Position numbers and translations under genes: made by a program. This document shows, one piece after another, positions 32,141 through 41,394 of a stretch of 64,000 bases of DNA; position 1 is the stretch's first letter, and each line of letters starts with the position of its first letter. The notes below the pieces were generated by a model that did no database searches, was not told where the DNA came from, and worked only from the letters and a program-made list of their open reading frames with translations. The stretch lies in assembly GCA_034435455.1 (NCBI GenBank), contig DAOTXL010000002.1:39023-103022 (forward strand). The letters run 5' to 3'. The stretch is from Anaerolineae bacterium. Its GTDB lineage: Bacteria > Chloroflexota > Anaerolineae > JAAYZQ01.

Positions 32141-33379
32141 CTATCTTTCCTCCCACGAGTTCTCCTCAAACACCGGCACCCGGCCCTCGGCCACGCAGCG
32201 GTGGGCGAAGAGGTACATCCCCGCCGACCAGGCCTGGTGCGGATATCCCATCGGCCGACCTGTGCGGCCGTGGCACCACTCGTTGAACTCCCACTCTTCC
32301 TCGATCCCCAGCCGATTGACCTCGGCCAGCCTCTCCAGTTGTCGCCGCGCCTCCTCCAGGCGCCCGGCCTTGACCAGCGCAGCGACGTAAAAGCCGCCGA
32401 CAAAGGGCCAGATGCCGCCGTTGTGATACTGCTCGGGCAGGTTCAGGTTGTTGTTGCGATAGTACTCGCGCCAGTCTTTGTTGCCCGGATGGATGACCGG
32501 GTGCAGCACCCGCACCGGGTACGGTTCGGCGATGCCCACCTGGTGTAGATAGTCCAGGATGCGCCGCTCCTGGGCCGGGTTAGCCACGCCGAACAGCACC
32601 GCCAGCAGGTTGCCGAATACGTCGCAATAGTCGCCATAGTCGCGAAAGGCGACGTAGGGCAGGAAGAAGGGTCGCTTGACCAGCACCGGGTCCACCTGGC
32701 TAAGAGTGTGCCGCCACTCGCCATGGCCCGGGCAGGTCGGCCCCCATTCTTCGGCGTTCTCCGGCCCCACCCACAGCACGATACGCAGCTTGTGCCGCAC
32801 GTCGGCGGCCATCTCGGCATAACGCGATCCATCCTTCTCCAGGGTGTCAGCCATGACGGTCATGGCCCGCAGCGCCGCATACCACAGGACATTATCGTAC
32901 AGGATATTGAAGCGGTTGGCAAGCAGGTCGGCCCAGTCGGCGGCCTCGTGCACCTCCAGCAGGCCGCAGCCGTTCGAGTCCTGGTAGCGCAGCCACAGCA
33001 GCGCCCGCTCCAGAGAGGGCCAGTGCGCCCGCAGGGAATCGGCGTCGCCGGTCATCTGGTGGTTGATATAGTGGCCGACGATGTACCACAGGTTCGAGTC
33101 CACCGAGCCGGCATTGGTGTGGTCCAGCCGGCCCGTGGCGACGCTGACGTTGTTGGGGATGGCCCCCAGTTCCGACTGCTGACCGGCCAGGGTGTGCAGC
33201 GAGGTGCGCAGGCAACCCTCGTGACCGGCGGTCAGGCTGGCTCCCAGGCCGGTAATGACGCTGTCCCGCGCCCAGACGTGGGGGTAACCCTCCGGCGAGG
33301 CCATCAATCCCAGCGGGCTGCATTCGCGGCCCAGCACGTCCTCGGCTTTTTCTAACGCCATTTCAGTCAAGTTGCTCAT
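32141..33379 (-). CDS. Six-hairpin glycoside hydrolase, GH100 (neutral/alkaline invertase) / amylo-1,6-glucosidase-like
   Basis: 412 aa, family pattern (…NLWYIVGHY…HEAADWAD…GGIWPF…). Confidence 0.55.
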   Translation of the reverse strand: MSNLTEMALEKAEDVLGRECSPLGLMASPEGYPHVWARDSVITGLGASLTAGHEGCLRTSLHTLAGQQSELGAIPNNVSVATGRLDHTNAGSVDSNLWYIVGHYINHQMTGDADSLRAHWPSLERALLWLRYQDSNGCGLLEVHEAADWADLLANRFNILYDNVLWYAALRAMTVMADTLEKDGSRYAEMAADVRHKLRIVLWVGPENAEEWGPTCPGHGEWRHTLSQVDPVLVKRPFFLPYVAFRDYGDYCDVFGNLLAVLFGVANPAQERRILDYLHQVGIAEPYPVRVLHPVIHPGNKDWREYYRNNNLNLPEQYHNGGIWPFVGGFYVAALVKAGRLEEARRQLERLAEVNRLGIEEEWEFNEWCHGRTGRPMGYPHQAWSAGMYLFAHRCVAEGRVPVFEENSWEER

Positions 33380-33599
33380 GTTCTTGCCACCCTTGCGGCT
33401 CCTCGCCGGGGTCAGGCGCTGGCTGTTCTCCCCGGTAACGGCGCTTCATGGCCCGCAGGGCCAGGACCATCGCCGCCAGCGGCCAGAAATGCAGGATCAT
33501 CGGCGCGCCGCAGTCAGGGCAGGGCAGCATCCCCACCCCCAGCAAGGCCCCGGCGGCCAACCACCACTTGGCCGTGGATGCTGCGAGCCGTTTGCGCAT
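33363..33599 (-). CDS. Hypothetical small membrane protein
   Basis: Two hydrophobic helices, CPDCG motif; start chosen at internal ATG (MRKRLAAS…). Confidence 0.3.
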   Translation of the reverse strand: MRKRLAASTAKWWLAAGALLGVGMLPCPDCGAPMILHFWPLAAMVLALRAMKRRYRGEQPAPDPGEEPQGWQEHEQLD

Positions 33600-33691
33600 T
33601 CGCTCGATCACAGATTCTCCTCCTCGCGACGACCCGGTCGCGCAGGCTACGCCGTCGGTCCCCACCACGATGTGGGCCGGATCGGATTCCT

Positions 33692-34009
33692 TTACCCCTG
33701 CATCCAGGCCGGGTTCCAGGGCTCATCGAGCAGGGTTACTTTGGCCTCCTTCACCCCCGGCACGGCGGCCACCGCCCGCCGAGCCTGCTCGGTGATGAAT
33801 CCGGCCAGCGGGCAAAAGGGCGCCGTCAATACCATCTTGACCTCGACGTTGCCTTCGTCGTCCAGCTCGATGTGACGAACCATCCCCATGTCCACCACGC
33901 TCATGCCGATTTCTGGGTCTATCACCGGCCGCAGGGCCTCACGAATTTGTGCTTCTGTTACCATATCACTCTCCTTTATAACTACCTCGACAATGGTGGC
34001 AAATTCCAT
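33692..34009 (-). CDS. DUF59 (MIP18-family) Fe-S cluster carrier/assembly protein
   Basis: …VRHIELDDEGNVEVKMVLTAPFCPLAGFI… DUF59 motif; start TGATG-coupled to OsmC stop (alternative ATG at 33964 with AAGGAGAG RBS). Confidence 0.65.
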   Translation of the reverse strand: MEFATIVEVVIKESDMVTEAQIREALRPVIDPEIGMSVVDMGMVRHIELDDEGNVEVKMVLTAPFCPLAGFITEQARRAVAAVPGVKEAKVTLLDEPWNPAWMQG

Positions 34010-34443
34010 CAATCCTGGTCTCCCTTCGCCAGCTCGCCCTGCACCGCCACGCCGTCGAGCAAGGTGTTGGTCACCGTGCCCCACTTGAAAGCCACCTCGT
34101 GCAGTTTCTCCAGCCTGTCCGGCGGTTCGGGGCTATCCAGCAGCAGGCGATAGCGAATCTGGACGAGGCCCGGCGGTTCGTCGCGGCGGTCGCCCTCGAC
34201 CTCGACGCGCACGCCGTCCACCTGCAGGCGCATCTTGGCCGCCAGGGCGTTGACGTTGGTGACCAGGCACACCCCCAGCGCAGCCAGCAACGTCTCGGCG
34301 GCGTTGAAACCGGCCCTCGGGTCGCCGCGGCGCACGCCCAGCGTCAGCGTGTGGCCATGGGACGAGGCCTGGGCATGGGCCTCGTCCTGGCGTTCTATGC
34401 TCACTCGATAGGTACGGAAGGGATCGGCCTTTTTCCTGTCCAT
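34009..34443 (-). CDS. OsmC/Ohr-family peroxiredoxin-like protein
   Basis: 144 aa, OsmC fold pattern with conserved Cys (…LGVCLVTNV…). Confidence 0.65.
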   Translation of the reverse strand: MDRKKADPFRTYRVSIERQDEAHAQASSHGHTLTLGVRRGDPRAGFNAAETLLAALGVCLVTNVNALAAKMRLQVDGVRVEVEGDRRDEPPGLVQIRYRLLLDSPEPPDRLEKLHEVAFKWGTVTNTLLDGVAVQGELAKGDQD

Positions 34444-34527
34444 TTGCTTGTTTCTTTGCCCCAGCGCGGTGCGAACCGCTGCGTTGGCTGGCCCGGCAGC
34501 CAGGAAAACGGAGTAAGAACGATAGGC

Positions 34528-34986
34528 TTAGCGAATGACCATCACCGGGCAGGGCGCGTGCTTGGTCACGTTCTCCACCGTGTTGCCCAGCAGCAAGGCC
34601 CTCACCCCCCGTTTGCCGTGGGCGCCCAGGACGATCATGTTTACGTCCAGCTCCTCGGCCGCGGCCACGATCTGGCGCCAGGGCACACCGATCCGCACCA
34701 CCGGTTCGACCTCCACACCGGCGGCACGGATCGCGGCGATTTCCCCGGCCAACCGCTCCCGTACCACCTCAGTTAACCGGGCTTCCGTCCAGGCTTCGGC
34801 CTCGGCCAGATCGGCCCCGCTGACCTCCGGCGTCACTACATCGGCCAGCACGGGCACGTCGGCCACGTCTACCACGGCCAGAGCGAACAGCTTGCCGCTG
34901 CTGCACTGCGCGCAGTGGATCGCCCAGTCCCGAGCATGGGTCGCATGTTCGGAAAAGTCGGTTGCCCACAGGATACGCTTGAACAT
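34528..34986 (-). CDS. Universal stress protein UspA family
   Basis: ILWATDFSE…VLGAHGKRG…PCPVMVIR. Confidence 0.8.
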   Translation of the reverse strand: MFKRILWATDFSEHATHARDWAIHCAQCSSGKLFALAVVDVADVPVLADVVTPEVSGADLAEAEAWTEARLTEVVRERLAGEIAAIRAAGVEVEPVVRIGVPWRQIVAAAEELDVNMIVLGAHGKRGVRALLLGNTVENVTKHAPCPVMVIR

Positions 34987-35051
34987 CGTCCACCTCGGGT
35001 TTCACCACGATGTGCCAGCCCACCCTGGCTTCGCCGCACGGGCTGGCACGT

Positions 35052-36035
35052 TCACGCTACCTCTTTGCGCGGCCTGACCACGGCGGCCGGCGCCGCCTGG
35101 CGGATGAGATAGCGGTAGAAGGCGCTGGCGGTGAGCATCTGCAGGATGAAGGCCAGCGCCACCGGCAGGCCGACGAGCGGCTGCCCCCGGAAACTGGCCA
35201 TGGCCAGCCCCACCGCGATGGGCAGGTTCTTCATACCCGACGAATAGGTCACGGCGACCCGCTGCGGCCAGCCAAAGGCGAACCGGCCCAGCCAGTGCGG
35301 CACCAGGAACCCCAGCGGGAAGATGAGCACCACCGCCCCCAGCAGCGCCGGCACCAGCGACCAGCGCTCCCGAATCAGCGGAACGTTGACGTTGCAGATG
35401 GCGAACATCAGCAGCACCGCCGTCAGCGCCGACAGCGCCGGCAGGAGCGACAGATAGGGCTGGGGATTCCAGAAGCGGTTGGCCAGCCAGCGCCCGCCGA
35501 TGCCCAGCGCCAGCGGGATGAGCAGGATGACGGCCAACTGCTGGAACATGGCCCAGGGGTTGATCTGCACGCTCGACCCGGCCAACAGCACCATCAGCGG
35601 CGGGATGAGGAACGGCCCTAGGACCATCGTCAGGGCGTTGATGGCCATCCCCAGCGGCACGTCCCCCTTGAGCAGTGCCGTCCACACCGCCGCCATGCCG
35701 GCGCAGGGCACCATGCCGACCAGGATGATGCCTGTCGCCAGTTGGGGGTCGCTCACCAGCAGGCGGGCCAGCGCCCAACACAGCAGCGGCATGTAGGCAA
35801 AGTTCAGGATCAGACCGGCCACCACCGCAACGGGCTGGCGCGCCACCAGCGCGAACTGGCGCGGGGTGATGGTCAGGCTGATGAACAGGATCATCAGAAA
35901 CGTCAGGGCCTGCGAATAGCGCTGCACCGCCTTGCCTGGGGCCGTCGTCCACAGCCCCAACAGCAGCCCGACGATCACCGTAGCGATGATGATCGTCTGA
36001 TAGTTCTTGCGGATAAGCTCGGCGAATCGGATCAT
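35052..36035 (-). CDS. BASS/ACR3-superfamily (sodium/bile-acid symporter fold) transporter
   Basis: 327 aa, ~10 TM, SBF-like pattern. Confidence 0.65.
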   Translation of the reverse strand: MIRFAELIRKNYQTIIIATVIVGLLLGLWTTAPGKAVQRYSQALTFLMILFISLTITPRQFALVARQPVAVVAGLILNFAYMPLLCWALARLLVSDPQLATGIILVGMVPCAGMAAVWTALLKGDVPLGMAINALTMVLGPFLIPPLMVLLAGSSVQINPWAMFQQLAVILLIPLALGIGGRWLANRFWNPQPYLSLLPALSALTAVLLMFAICNVNVPLIRERWSLVPALLGAVVLIFPLGFLVPHWLGRFAFGWPQRVAVTYSSGMKNLPIAVGLAMASFRGQPLVGLPVALAFILQMLTASAFYRYLIRQAAPAAVVRPRKEVA

Positions 36036-36050
36036 GAGATGCCCCCCTCC

Positions 36051-36224
36051 CTATTTCTGACCCGCCTCCAGGTGGCAGCGCAACCCCTTGCGACCCACCG
36101 CCTGCACCTGGGTCCAGACCCCTTCTTTCAAAAAGCGCAGCGCAGCCGCCCCATCCCTATCGGTCAGGATCATCTGCACATCTTGCTGTTCTTGTTCGCC
36201 CAACACCACGGAGATTCTGGCCAT
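36051..36224 (-). CDS. Hypothetical small protein
   Basis: ORF 36051..36281 trimmed to MARISVVLGEQE…; no recognisable motif. Confidence 0.25.
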   Translation of the reverse strand: MARISVVLGEQEQQDVQMILTDRDGAAALRFLKEGVWTQVQAVGRKGLRCHLEAGQK

Positions 36225-36247
36225 AGCTCTTTCCTCAACAGCACTCC

Positions 36248-36583
36248 CTAGATCGCTCCCTCTACAAACTCGATGCTGCAATCACCCGGCAAAAAGATGC
36301 CGGCGGTCACCTCCATCGCCTTCAGGATGGCGGCGGGCACGATGCAACTGTTGCGACAGACATGCTCGACGGCCAGCCGGTAGACCCGGGTCTCGTCCAG
36401 CCGGCAGGCCATATCATGCGCCACGTCCACCTTGCCCAGCGCCTCGGCCAGCGCCTGGACGTGCTCGCAGGTGGTCGTGATCTCGAACGTGACGTGCGTC
36501 GGATTGGTCTTGCGGGCTTCGATGCTCGATTCATGCCCACACACGCCCGCCTTTACCCAACATAGGGCCATATCAATCTCCAT
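36248..36583 (-). CDS. Hypothetical Cys-rich protein (7 Cys; CWVKAGVCGH…C…C…CRNSC)
   Basis: ORF 36248..36595; possible metal-binding; no family recognised. Confidence 0.35.
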   Translation of the reverse strand: MEIDMALCWVKAGVCGHESSIEARKTNPTHVTFEITTTCEHVQALAEALGKVDVAHDMACRLDETRVYRLAVEHVCRNSCIVPAAILKAMEVTAGIFLPGDCSIEFVEGAI

Positions 36584-36607
36584 GGTTCCAGGCAACTTGA
36601 TCGTCGT

Positions 36608-37036
36608 TCAGCTCCCGCCATGTCGTTTTTCTCCCCAGTGCCAGCCCACACCCAGGACCTCTTCGGCATTCCTTACACGTTGTCTCCAACGGCGGCACCA
36701 CGCCCGGAACCATTCCACCATCGTTCGCCCCGGCTCTTGGTCGCTCAACCGGTAAAAATCCGCCTGCGCCTCCCGGACCTCCTGGCGCACGATGATTCGT
36801 TGCTCCAGCAAACAGCCCAACGCTGCCTGCAGCTCATCTTCCGCGCATTCGGACCAGGCCAACAGGTCAGAGAAGGTGATGGCCTGAGCAGGCATCGAAT
36901 CCAGGAAATGGATCAGATGCAGACAGAGAGGCTGCGCCAGCCATTGCTGCACCAGGGGCCAGATTTCCGGCCTCTCCTCACAAAGCTCATCCAGCATCTC
37001 CTGGAGGAGCGGGTTTCCAGCCTTACTCTCACTCAT
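36608..37036 (-). CDS. Hypothetical protein
   Basis: 142 aa ORF, co-directional, no recognisable motif. Confidence 0.35.
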   Translation of the reverse strand: MSESKAGNPLLQEMLDELCEERPEIWPLVQQWLAQPLCLHLIHFLDSMPAQAITFSDLLAWSECAEDELQAALGCLLEQRIIVRQEVREAQADFYRLSDQEPGRTMVEWFRAWCRRWRQRVRNAEEVLGVGWHWGEKRHGGS

Positions 37037-37048
37037 GGCTTCCAGTTC

Positions 37049-37942
37049 TCAACCTCCGCCCACGCACACCACGGACCCCTGCCCGCAACTTTCGCACTCG
37101 AACTGGATGGTGGTGTGCTCGATGTCAAACGCCTCGGCCAACGTCTGCTTCAGGCCTGCCATCACCTCCTGCGTCTGGCTCAGCACCTGGTCGGCCAGCA
37201 GCACATGGGCGCTGAGGGCCACGTAGCCGGGACTGACGGTCCAGATGTGCAGGTCGTGCACATCCATCACCCCAGGCACCTGGCCCATGGCCTCCGCCAC
37301 CTGGCTTGACGTCAGATGCAGGGGCACGCCCTCGGCCAGGATGTGCACCGATTCGCGCAGCGCGCGCCCCGACCCCAGCAGGATGATCACCCCGATCAGC
37401 ACGCTGATCAACGGGTCAGCCAGGGCCCAGCCGGTGAACAGGATGACCACACCGGCGACGATGACGCCTATCGAGGCCAGCGCGTCGCCCAGGACGTGCA
37501 GGAAGGCGCTGCGTACGTTCAGGTCGTGGTGGTCGTGCTCGCGCAACACCAGCGCCACCAAGAGGTTAACCGTCAGACCGGCCACAGCCACGGCCAGCAT
37601 CGGACCAGCCAGGACAGGGGCCGGGTGCTGGAAGCGCTGCCAGGCTTCGCGCCAGATCTCAAAGGCCACCAGCAGGAGGGTCGCCCCGTTGGCCAGCGCA
37701 GCCAGCACCTGCATGCGGTGAAAGCCGTAGGTATGGCGGTCATCGGGCGGCAGCGCGGCAAGGCGCAGGGCGACATAGCTCATCCCCAGGGCGAACAGAT
37801 CCAGGAAGACGTGAGCCGCATCGGAGAGCAGGGCCAGGCTGCCGGTCCACAACCCGCCAGCGACCTCGGCGACCAGGATCAGGCCGGTCAGGGTCAGCGA
37901 CAGGAGGAAGCGGTGCTCGACACGATGCGTGTCTCGTTGCAT
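37049..37942 (-). CDS. Cation diffusion facilitator (CzcD/ZitB-like) metal efflux transporter
   Basis: 6 TM with HxxxD motifs and C-terminal cytoplasmic domain; histidine-rich loop EHDHHD. Confidence 0.8.
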   Translation of the reverse strand: MQRDTHRVEHRFLLSLTLTGLILVAEVAGGLWTGSLALLSDAAHVFLDLFALGMSYVALRLAALPPDDRHTYGFHRMQVLAALANGATLLLVAFEIWREAWQRFQHPAPVLAGPMLAVAVAGLTVNLLVALVLREHDHHDLNVRSAFLHVLGDALASIGVIVAGVVILFTGWALADPLISVLIGVIILLGSGRALRESVHILAEGVPLHLTSSQVAEAMGQVPGVMDVHDLHIWTVSPGYVALSAHVLLADQVLSQTQEVMAGLKQTLAEAFDIEHTTIQFECESCGQGSVVCVGGG

Positions 37943-38349
37943 CAGTGCAACCACTCTGTGTGATCCACCAGTCGCCCCTCCAGGTAGCTCCGGACCGCCT
38001 CGTCAATGACCGGGATGTCGGTGACCACCGGACGGATGCCGGCCTGGGCCATGCTCTGATAAGCGCCGGCGCCCATCCCCCGCGCCAGGAGCACCTGGCA
38101 ATCGGCGATGGCGGCAGCCATGCGCGCGTGGCGGGACTGGGCGCCGGCGTCAAAACCGTGGCCGCGTGGGTCGGCCCCGTGGGCCTCCTCGGTGTGCGGC
38201 TCAGCGGCGAACTGGGCATGACCCATCTTGTCCCGCATCTCACGAGAAACGATCCTTCCTTCTTCCACGGTGATAACGACATAAAACGGGGCGCGGCCAA
38301 AGTGCTGGCTGATGGTCACGCCATCTTCAGATACGGCTGCGATTTTCAT
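37942..38349 (-). CDS. NifX/NafY-type dinitrogenase FeMo-cofactor-binding domain protein
   Basis: MKIAAVSEDGVTISQHFGRAPFYVVITVEEG…; ATG 38349 with GAAGGAGAAAC RBS. Confidence 0.7.
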   Translation of the reverse strand: MKIAAVSEDGVTISQHFGRAPFYVVITVEEGRIVSREMRDKMGHAQFAAEPHTEEAHGADPRGHGFDAGAQSRHARMAAAIADCQVLLARGMGAGAYQSMAQAGIRPVVTDIPVIDEAVRSYLEGRLVDHTEWLH

Positions 38350-38771
38350 CCTGTTTCTCCTTCGGTTTCTTGAATCTTGGCGATGATGGCCTCCACCGCT
38401 CGCTCCAGGTCTTCCGGGGAATAGGCCAGCGGCTTGAAGGGGCCGATCTTTTTGATTTTCAGGTCCTTGCCCAGGTTGACGTAGCCGTCCATCCGTGCCC
38501 CGGTCTGCTCTACGATCTTGCGTACGCAGGAGTTGGGGCAGCCATCTATGACGACCACTTTTTCCAGGCTTTGCATGGTCCGAAAGTGCTTGGGGATACC
38601 AGCCGCCAGAGCCGACACGCAACCCATCCCAACCTCCTGTGGCCCCAGCCGTTTCATCACCTCGAACGCGGCCACGCCGGTCAGTTCGCCGGCGCTCGAC
38701 ATGGCCCCGCCGCAGTAAAGGATGCCGACGCGCGGCTTTTCTTCGTCCTCGTGCTCTGAACTCATCTTCAC
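38346..38771 (-). CDS. DGC-domain putative metal-binding protein (copy 1)
   Basis: ILYCGGAMSSAGELTG…VVIDGCPNSC. Confidence 0.6.
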   Translation of the reverse strand: MKMSSEHEDEEKPRVGILYCGGAMSSAGELTGVAAFEVMKRLGPQEVGMGCVSALAAGIPKHFRTMQSLEKVVVIDGCPNSCVRKIVEQTGARMDGYVNLGKDLKIKKIGPFKPLAYSPEDLERAVEAIIAKIQETEGETG

Positions 38772-38819
38772 ATACCTCTTTCAGACTCCATTCTCTCTAA
38801 TTGGCGAAATGGGTGTGCC

Positions 38820-39215
38820 TCAGACGTCTGCTTCGATGGCCGCGATCAGAGCATCGACTGCTGCCTGGACTTCCTGGTCCGTGAACTCCAGGCTCGTGAA
38901 GGGGCCGCTCTTGGCGATCCCCAGGTCCTGTTCCAGGTTCAGGTACACAGCGGGCGTGATCCCGACGCCCGTCAGCAACTCCCTCGCGCAGGCGTTGTGA
39001 CAGCCATCTATGACGACGATCTTGCCGATTTTCTTCACCAGGGCAGACTGCCGGGGCACCTGGTTCAGGACGGCCGGCAACGAGCAGATGCCCACCCGCT
39101 CACCGCCCAGGCGTCGCACGACCTCCAGCGCGGCCAGCCCGGCCAGCGAACCGGTGTTGGAGCCGCCGCTGAAGCAGGCAAAGAGTCCCACCTGGGGAAG
39201 CGTCGCCTTTTCCAT
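38820..39215 (-). CDS. DGC-domain putative metal-binding protein (copy 2)
   Basis: LFACFSGGSNTGSLAG…VVIDGCHNAC; ATG 39215 with GGAGAGGAGG RBS. Confidence 0.6.
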   Translation of the reverse strand: MEKATLPQVGLFACFSGGSNTGSLAGLAALEVVRRLGGERVGICSLPAVLNQVPRQSALVKKIGKIVVIDGCHNACARELLTGVGITPAVYLNLEQDLGIAKSGPFTSLEFTDQEVQAAVDALIAAIEADV

Positions 39216-39229
39216 CCGTTCCTCCTCTC

Positions 39230-40303
39230 CTACCTGGGCTGCAACGGCGAGCGGCGCGGTTCGGGAGCCGTCTGGACCAGGGCGCGCGCCACGGGTACAA
39301 AGGCCTCCGCCGGATACTCTTCGACGCTGCCCGCATCGCACAACTCCGAGATGCGCGGGTCCAGGGGCAGCCGGCCCAGGAACGGCACGCCCAGCCGTCG
39401 GGCCATCTCCTCGCCGTGGCTGGGGCCAAAGATCTCGTATCGTCGGCCACTCTCCGGGCAAACAAAGTAACTCATGTTTTCCACCAGGCCCAGCAGAGGG
39501 ACCTGCATCACGAGGGCCATGCGGGCCGCCTTGCGCACGACCATCTCCGCCAGGTCCTGGGGTGAACTGACCAACACCACCCCGGAGAGCGGCAGCGCCT
39601 GCATCACCGTCAGCGCGGCGTCGGAGGTACCGGGCGGCAGGTCCACCACCAGCCAGTCCAGGTCACCCCAGAAGACGTCGCCCCAGAACTGTTTGATGGC
39701 GGCGCTGATGAGTGGTCCGCGCCAGATGACGGCCTCGTCCTCGCCGGGCAGGAGCAGATTGATGGACATCACCTTGATGCCAGTGCGGGTCTGGGCGGGC
39801 ACGATGCCGAGGGGACTCATCGGCGGTGCGCCGTGCAGCCCGAACATCTTGGGGATGCTGGGGCCAGTGATGTCGGCGTCGAGCACGCCGACGCGCTGGC
39901 CATCTTGCCGGAGGGCGACGGCCAGCAGGGCCGTCACCAGCGACTTGCCCACGCCGCCCTTGCCGCTCATCACCGCCACTACGCGGCGAATGTCGTTGAG
40001 ATGCTCGGCCACGCCCGGCTCGCCCATCCCGCCGAGACCGATCTGGCGCCTCTCCTCGTCCGTCATCTGGGTCAGATCAACCTGCACCTCCTGGACGCCG
40101 TCCAGGGCCAGCACGGCGGCCCTGGCCTCGGCCACGATCTGGTCTTTCAGCGGGCATTCGGGAACGGTCAGCGCCAGGGTGAAGGTCACCTCGCCGTCCT
40201 GGACGCGCACGTCGCGCACCATCCCCAGTTCCACCAGGCTGCGATGCAACTCAGGATCTATCACCCCGGCCAGCGCCTCCATGATTTGTTCTTCCGTAAC
40301 CAT
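39230..40303 (-). CDS. Mrp/NBP35 (ApbC) P-loop ATPase Fe-S cluster carrier with N-terminal DUF59
   Basis: DUF59 N-term, SGKGGVGKS P-loop, CPxC-like …CPESG; ATG 40303 with GAGGAGAAAAC RBS. Confidence 0.8.
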   Translation of the reverse strand: MVTEEQIMEALAGVIDPELHRSLVELGMVRDVRVQDGEVTFTLALTVPECPLKDQIVAEARAAVLALDGVQEVQVDLTQMTDEERRQIGLGGMGEPGVAEHLNDIRRVVAVMSGKGGVGKSLVTALLAVALRQDGQRVGVLDADITGPSIPKMFGLHGAPPMSPLGIVPAQTRTGIKVMSINLLLPGEDEAVIWRGPLISAAIKQFWGDVFWGDLDWLVVDLPPGTSDAALTVMQALPLSGVVLVSSPQDLAEMVVRKAARMALVMQVPLLGLVENMSYFVCPESGRRYEIFGPSHGEEMARRLGVPFLGRLPLDPRISELCDAGSVEEYPAEAFVPVARALVQTAPEPRRSPLQPR

Positions 40304-40317
40304 GCCTTGTTTTCTCC

Positions 40318-40746
40318 TCAACTTTGCCGTACCTGTCGCCAGGCGCCCAGAAAGACGGCAAAAGCCGGCATCCCGGCCACCGGGATGATGGTGAAGGCCG
40401 TCTCCAGCAACTCCTGCTCACTGGCGCCGGCGTGCAGCGCGCCGGTGATGTGCATGGCCGTCGCCTCGCGGTCATGCTGGGCGGCGGTGATCGCAGCGTG
40501 GATGAGGAATTTGTGCTTCTTGGACACCGCGCCTTCGTTCAGCGTCAGTTCGTGCAGCCGCAGAAAGGCGGCGCACAGCTCGGGGTTCTTCTCGTTCAAG
40601 AAGGCCACCGGGTCCAGCACCTTGCCGAATTCTTGCCCAAAGGCGGCCAGGCTTTCGTTGACCTGGCCTCGGCTGTGGTCCACTTTGTACCTCCTATCTT
40701 GGACGGTTTTTTCACTCCTTGTTTGTGCGTTGGGTCCTGCTCCCAT
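40318..40746 (-). CDS. Carboxymuconolactone decarboxylase / AhpD-like family protein
   Basis: AhpD-core-like helical pattern with Cys (…ELCAAFL…); start uncertain (no RBS). Confidence 0.5.
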   Translation of the reverse strand: MGAGPNAQTRSEKTVQDRRYKVDHSRGQVNESLAAFGQEFGKVLDPVAFLNEKNPELCAAFLRLHELTLNEGAVSKKHKFLIHAAITAAQHDREATAMHITGALHAGASEQELLETAFTIIPVAGMPAFAVFLGAWRQVRQS

Positions 40747-40758
40747 CTGTGGTTGGGG

Positions 40759-41379
40759 TTAGCGTTCCACGAGCACGGACTTTTCGTAGCCGGAGCAGGG
40801 GATGCACATCGGCTGCCCATCCTTCATGCGCACGTAGCGGTCAAAGACATACTCGCCACAGACACTGCATTTCGTCTTGTTGAACGAGCCTTTGACCGGG
40901 GCATACTTGAAATCCGGCCTGGCTTCCACCTTGAAGATGGCCTCATCGGGCTGCTCATAGGTCCACTGGATCACCTCCCGCCGCACCTCCAGCGGAATGT
41001 GCGATGGCTCAACGCCTCTCTTGCGGTAGGCAAAGAACTCGAATTTCCCCATCGCGTCCACAAAGTCGGGCAGCAGCGAATAGCGCACCGCACCCTTTTG
41101 CGGATGATAGAACGTGGCCGCCAGTTTGCCGTAGAAGGTCTTGGCCATCAGCACCTTGCCGTAGGTGGCGCCGGTGGCGATCTGGATGCCGTCCATCATG
41201 CAGGTTTGCGGGTGGCCCTCGCCCAGTTCGGGAAAGACAAAGAACCCGTGGTCGGCTTCCTTCTCGACGCCCAGATAGGCGAGTGCCAGCCTGCCCATGC
41301 GGTAGCCCAGGGGCATGAACGGGCACTCGTGTCCATGAAACTCAAAGGCCCACTCCGGGGGAATATACCTGGTCATCAT
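40759..41379 (-). CDS. FmdE/FwdE-family protein with C-terminal zinc ribbon
   Basis: FHGHECPFMPLGYRMG motif; C-term CSVCGEY…CIPC. Confidence 0.7.
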   Translation of the reverse strand: MMTRYIPPEWAFEFHGHECPFMPLGYRMGRLALAYLGVEKEADHGFFVFPELGEGHPQTCMMDGIQIATGATYGKVLMAKTFYGKLAATFYHPQKGAVRYSLLPDFVDAMGKFEFFAYRKRGVEPSHIPLEVRREVIQWTYEQPDEAIFKVEARPDFKYAPVKGSFNKTKCSVCGEYVFDRYVRMKDGQPMCIPCSGYEKSVLVER

Positions 41380-41394
41380 TGTTTTCTCCTGTTG

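Noticed and set aside
30019-32286. 755-aa plus-strand ORF
   Set aside because: Antisense to five well-supported minus-strand genes (XdhC, small ORFs, ferredoxin fusion, DUF3786-FeS). Low-complexity Arg/Gly/Pro-rich translation typical of GC-rich antisense frames.
33978-34016. Third copy of the repeat-element flank (ataactacctcgacaatgg)
   Set aside because: Only a 9-12 nt match (attgtcgag) to the element flanks and no palindromic arms. Too short to call.
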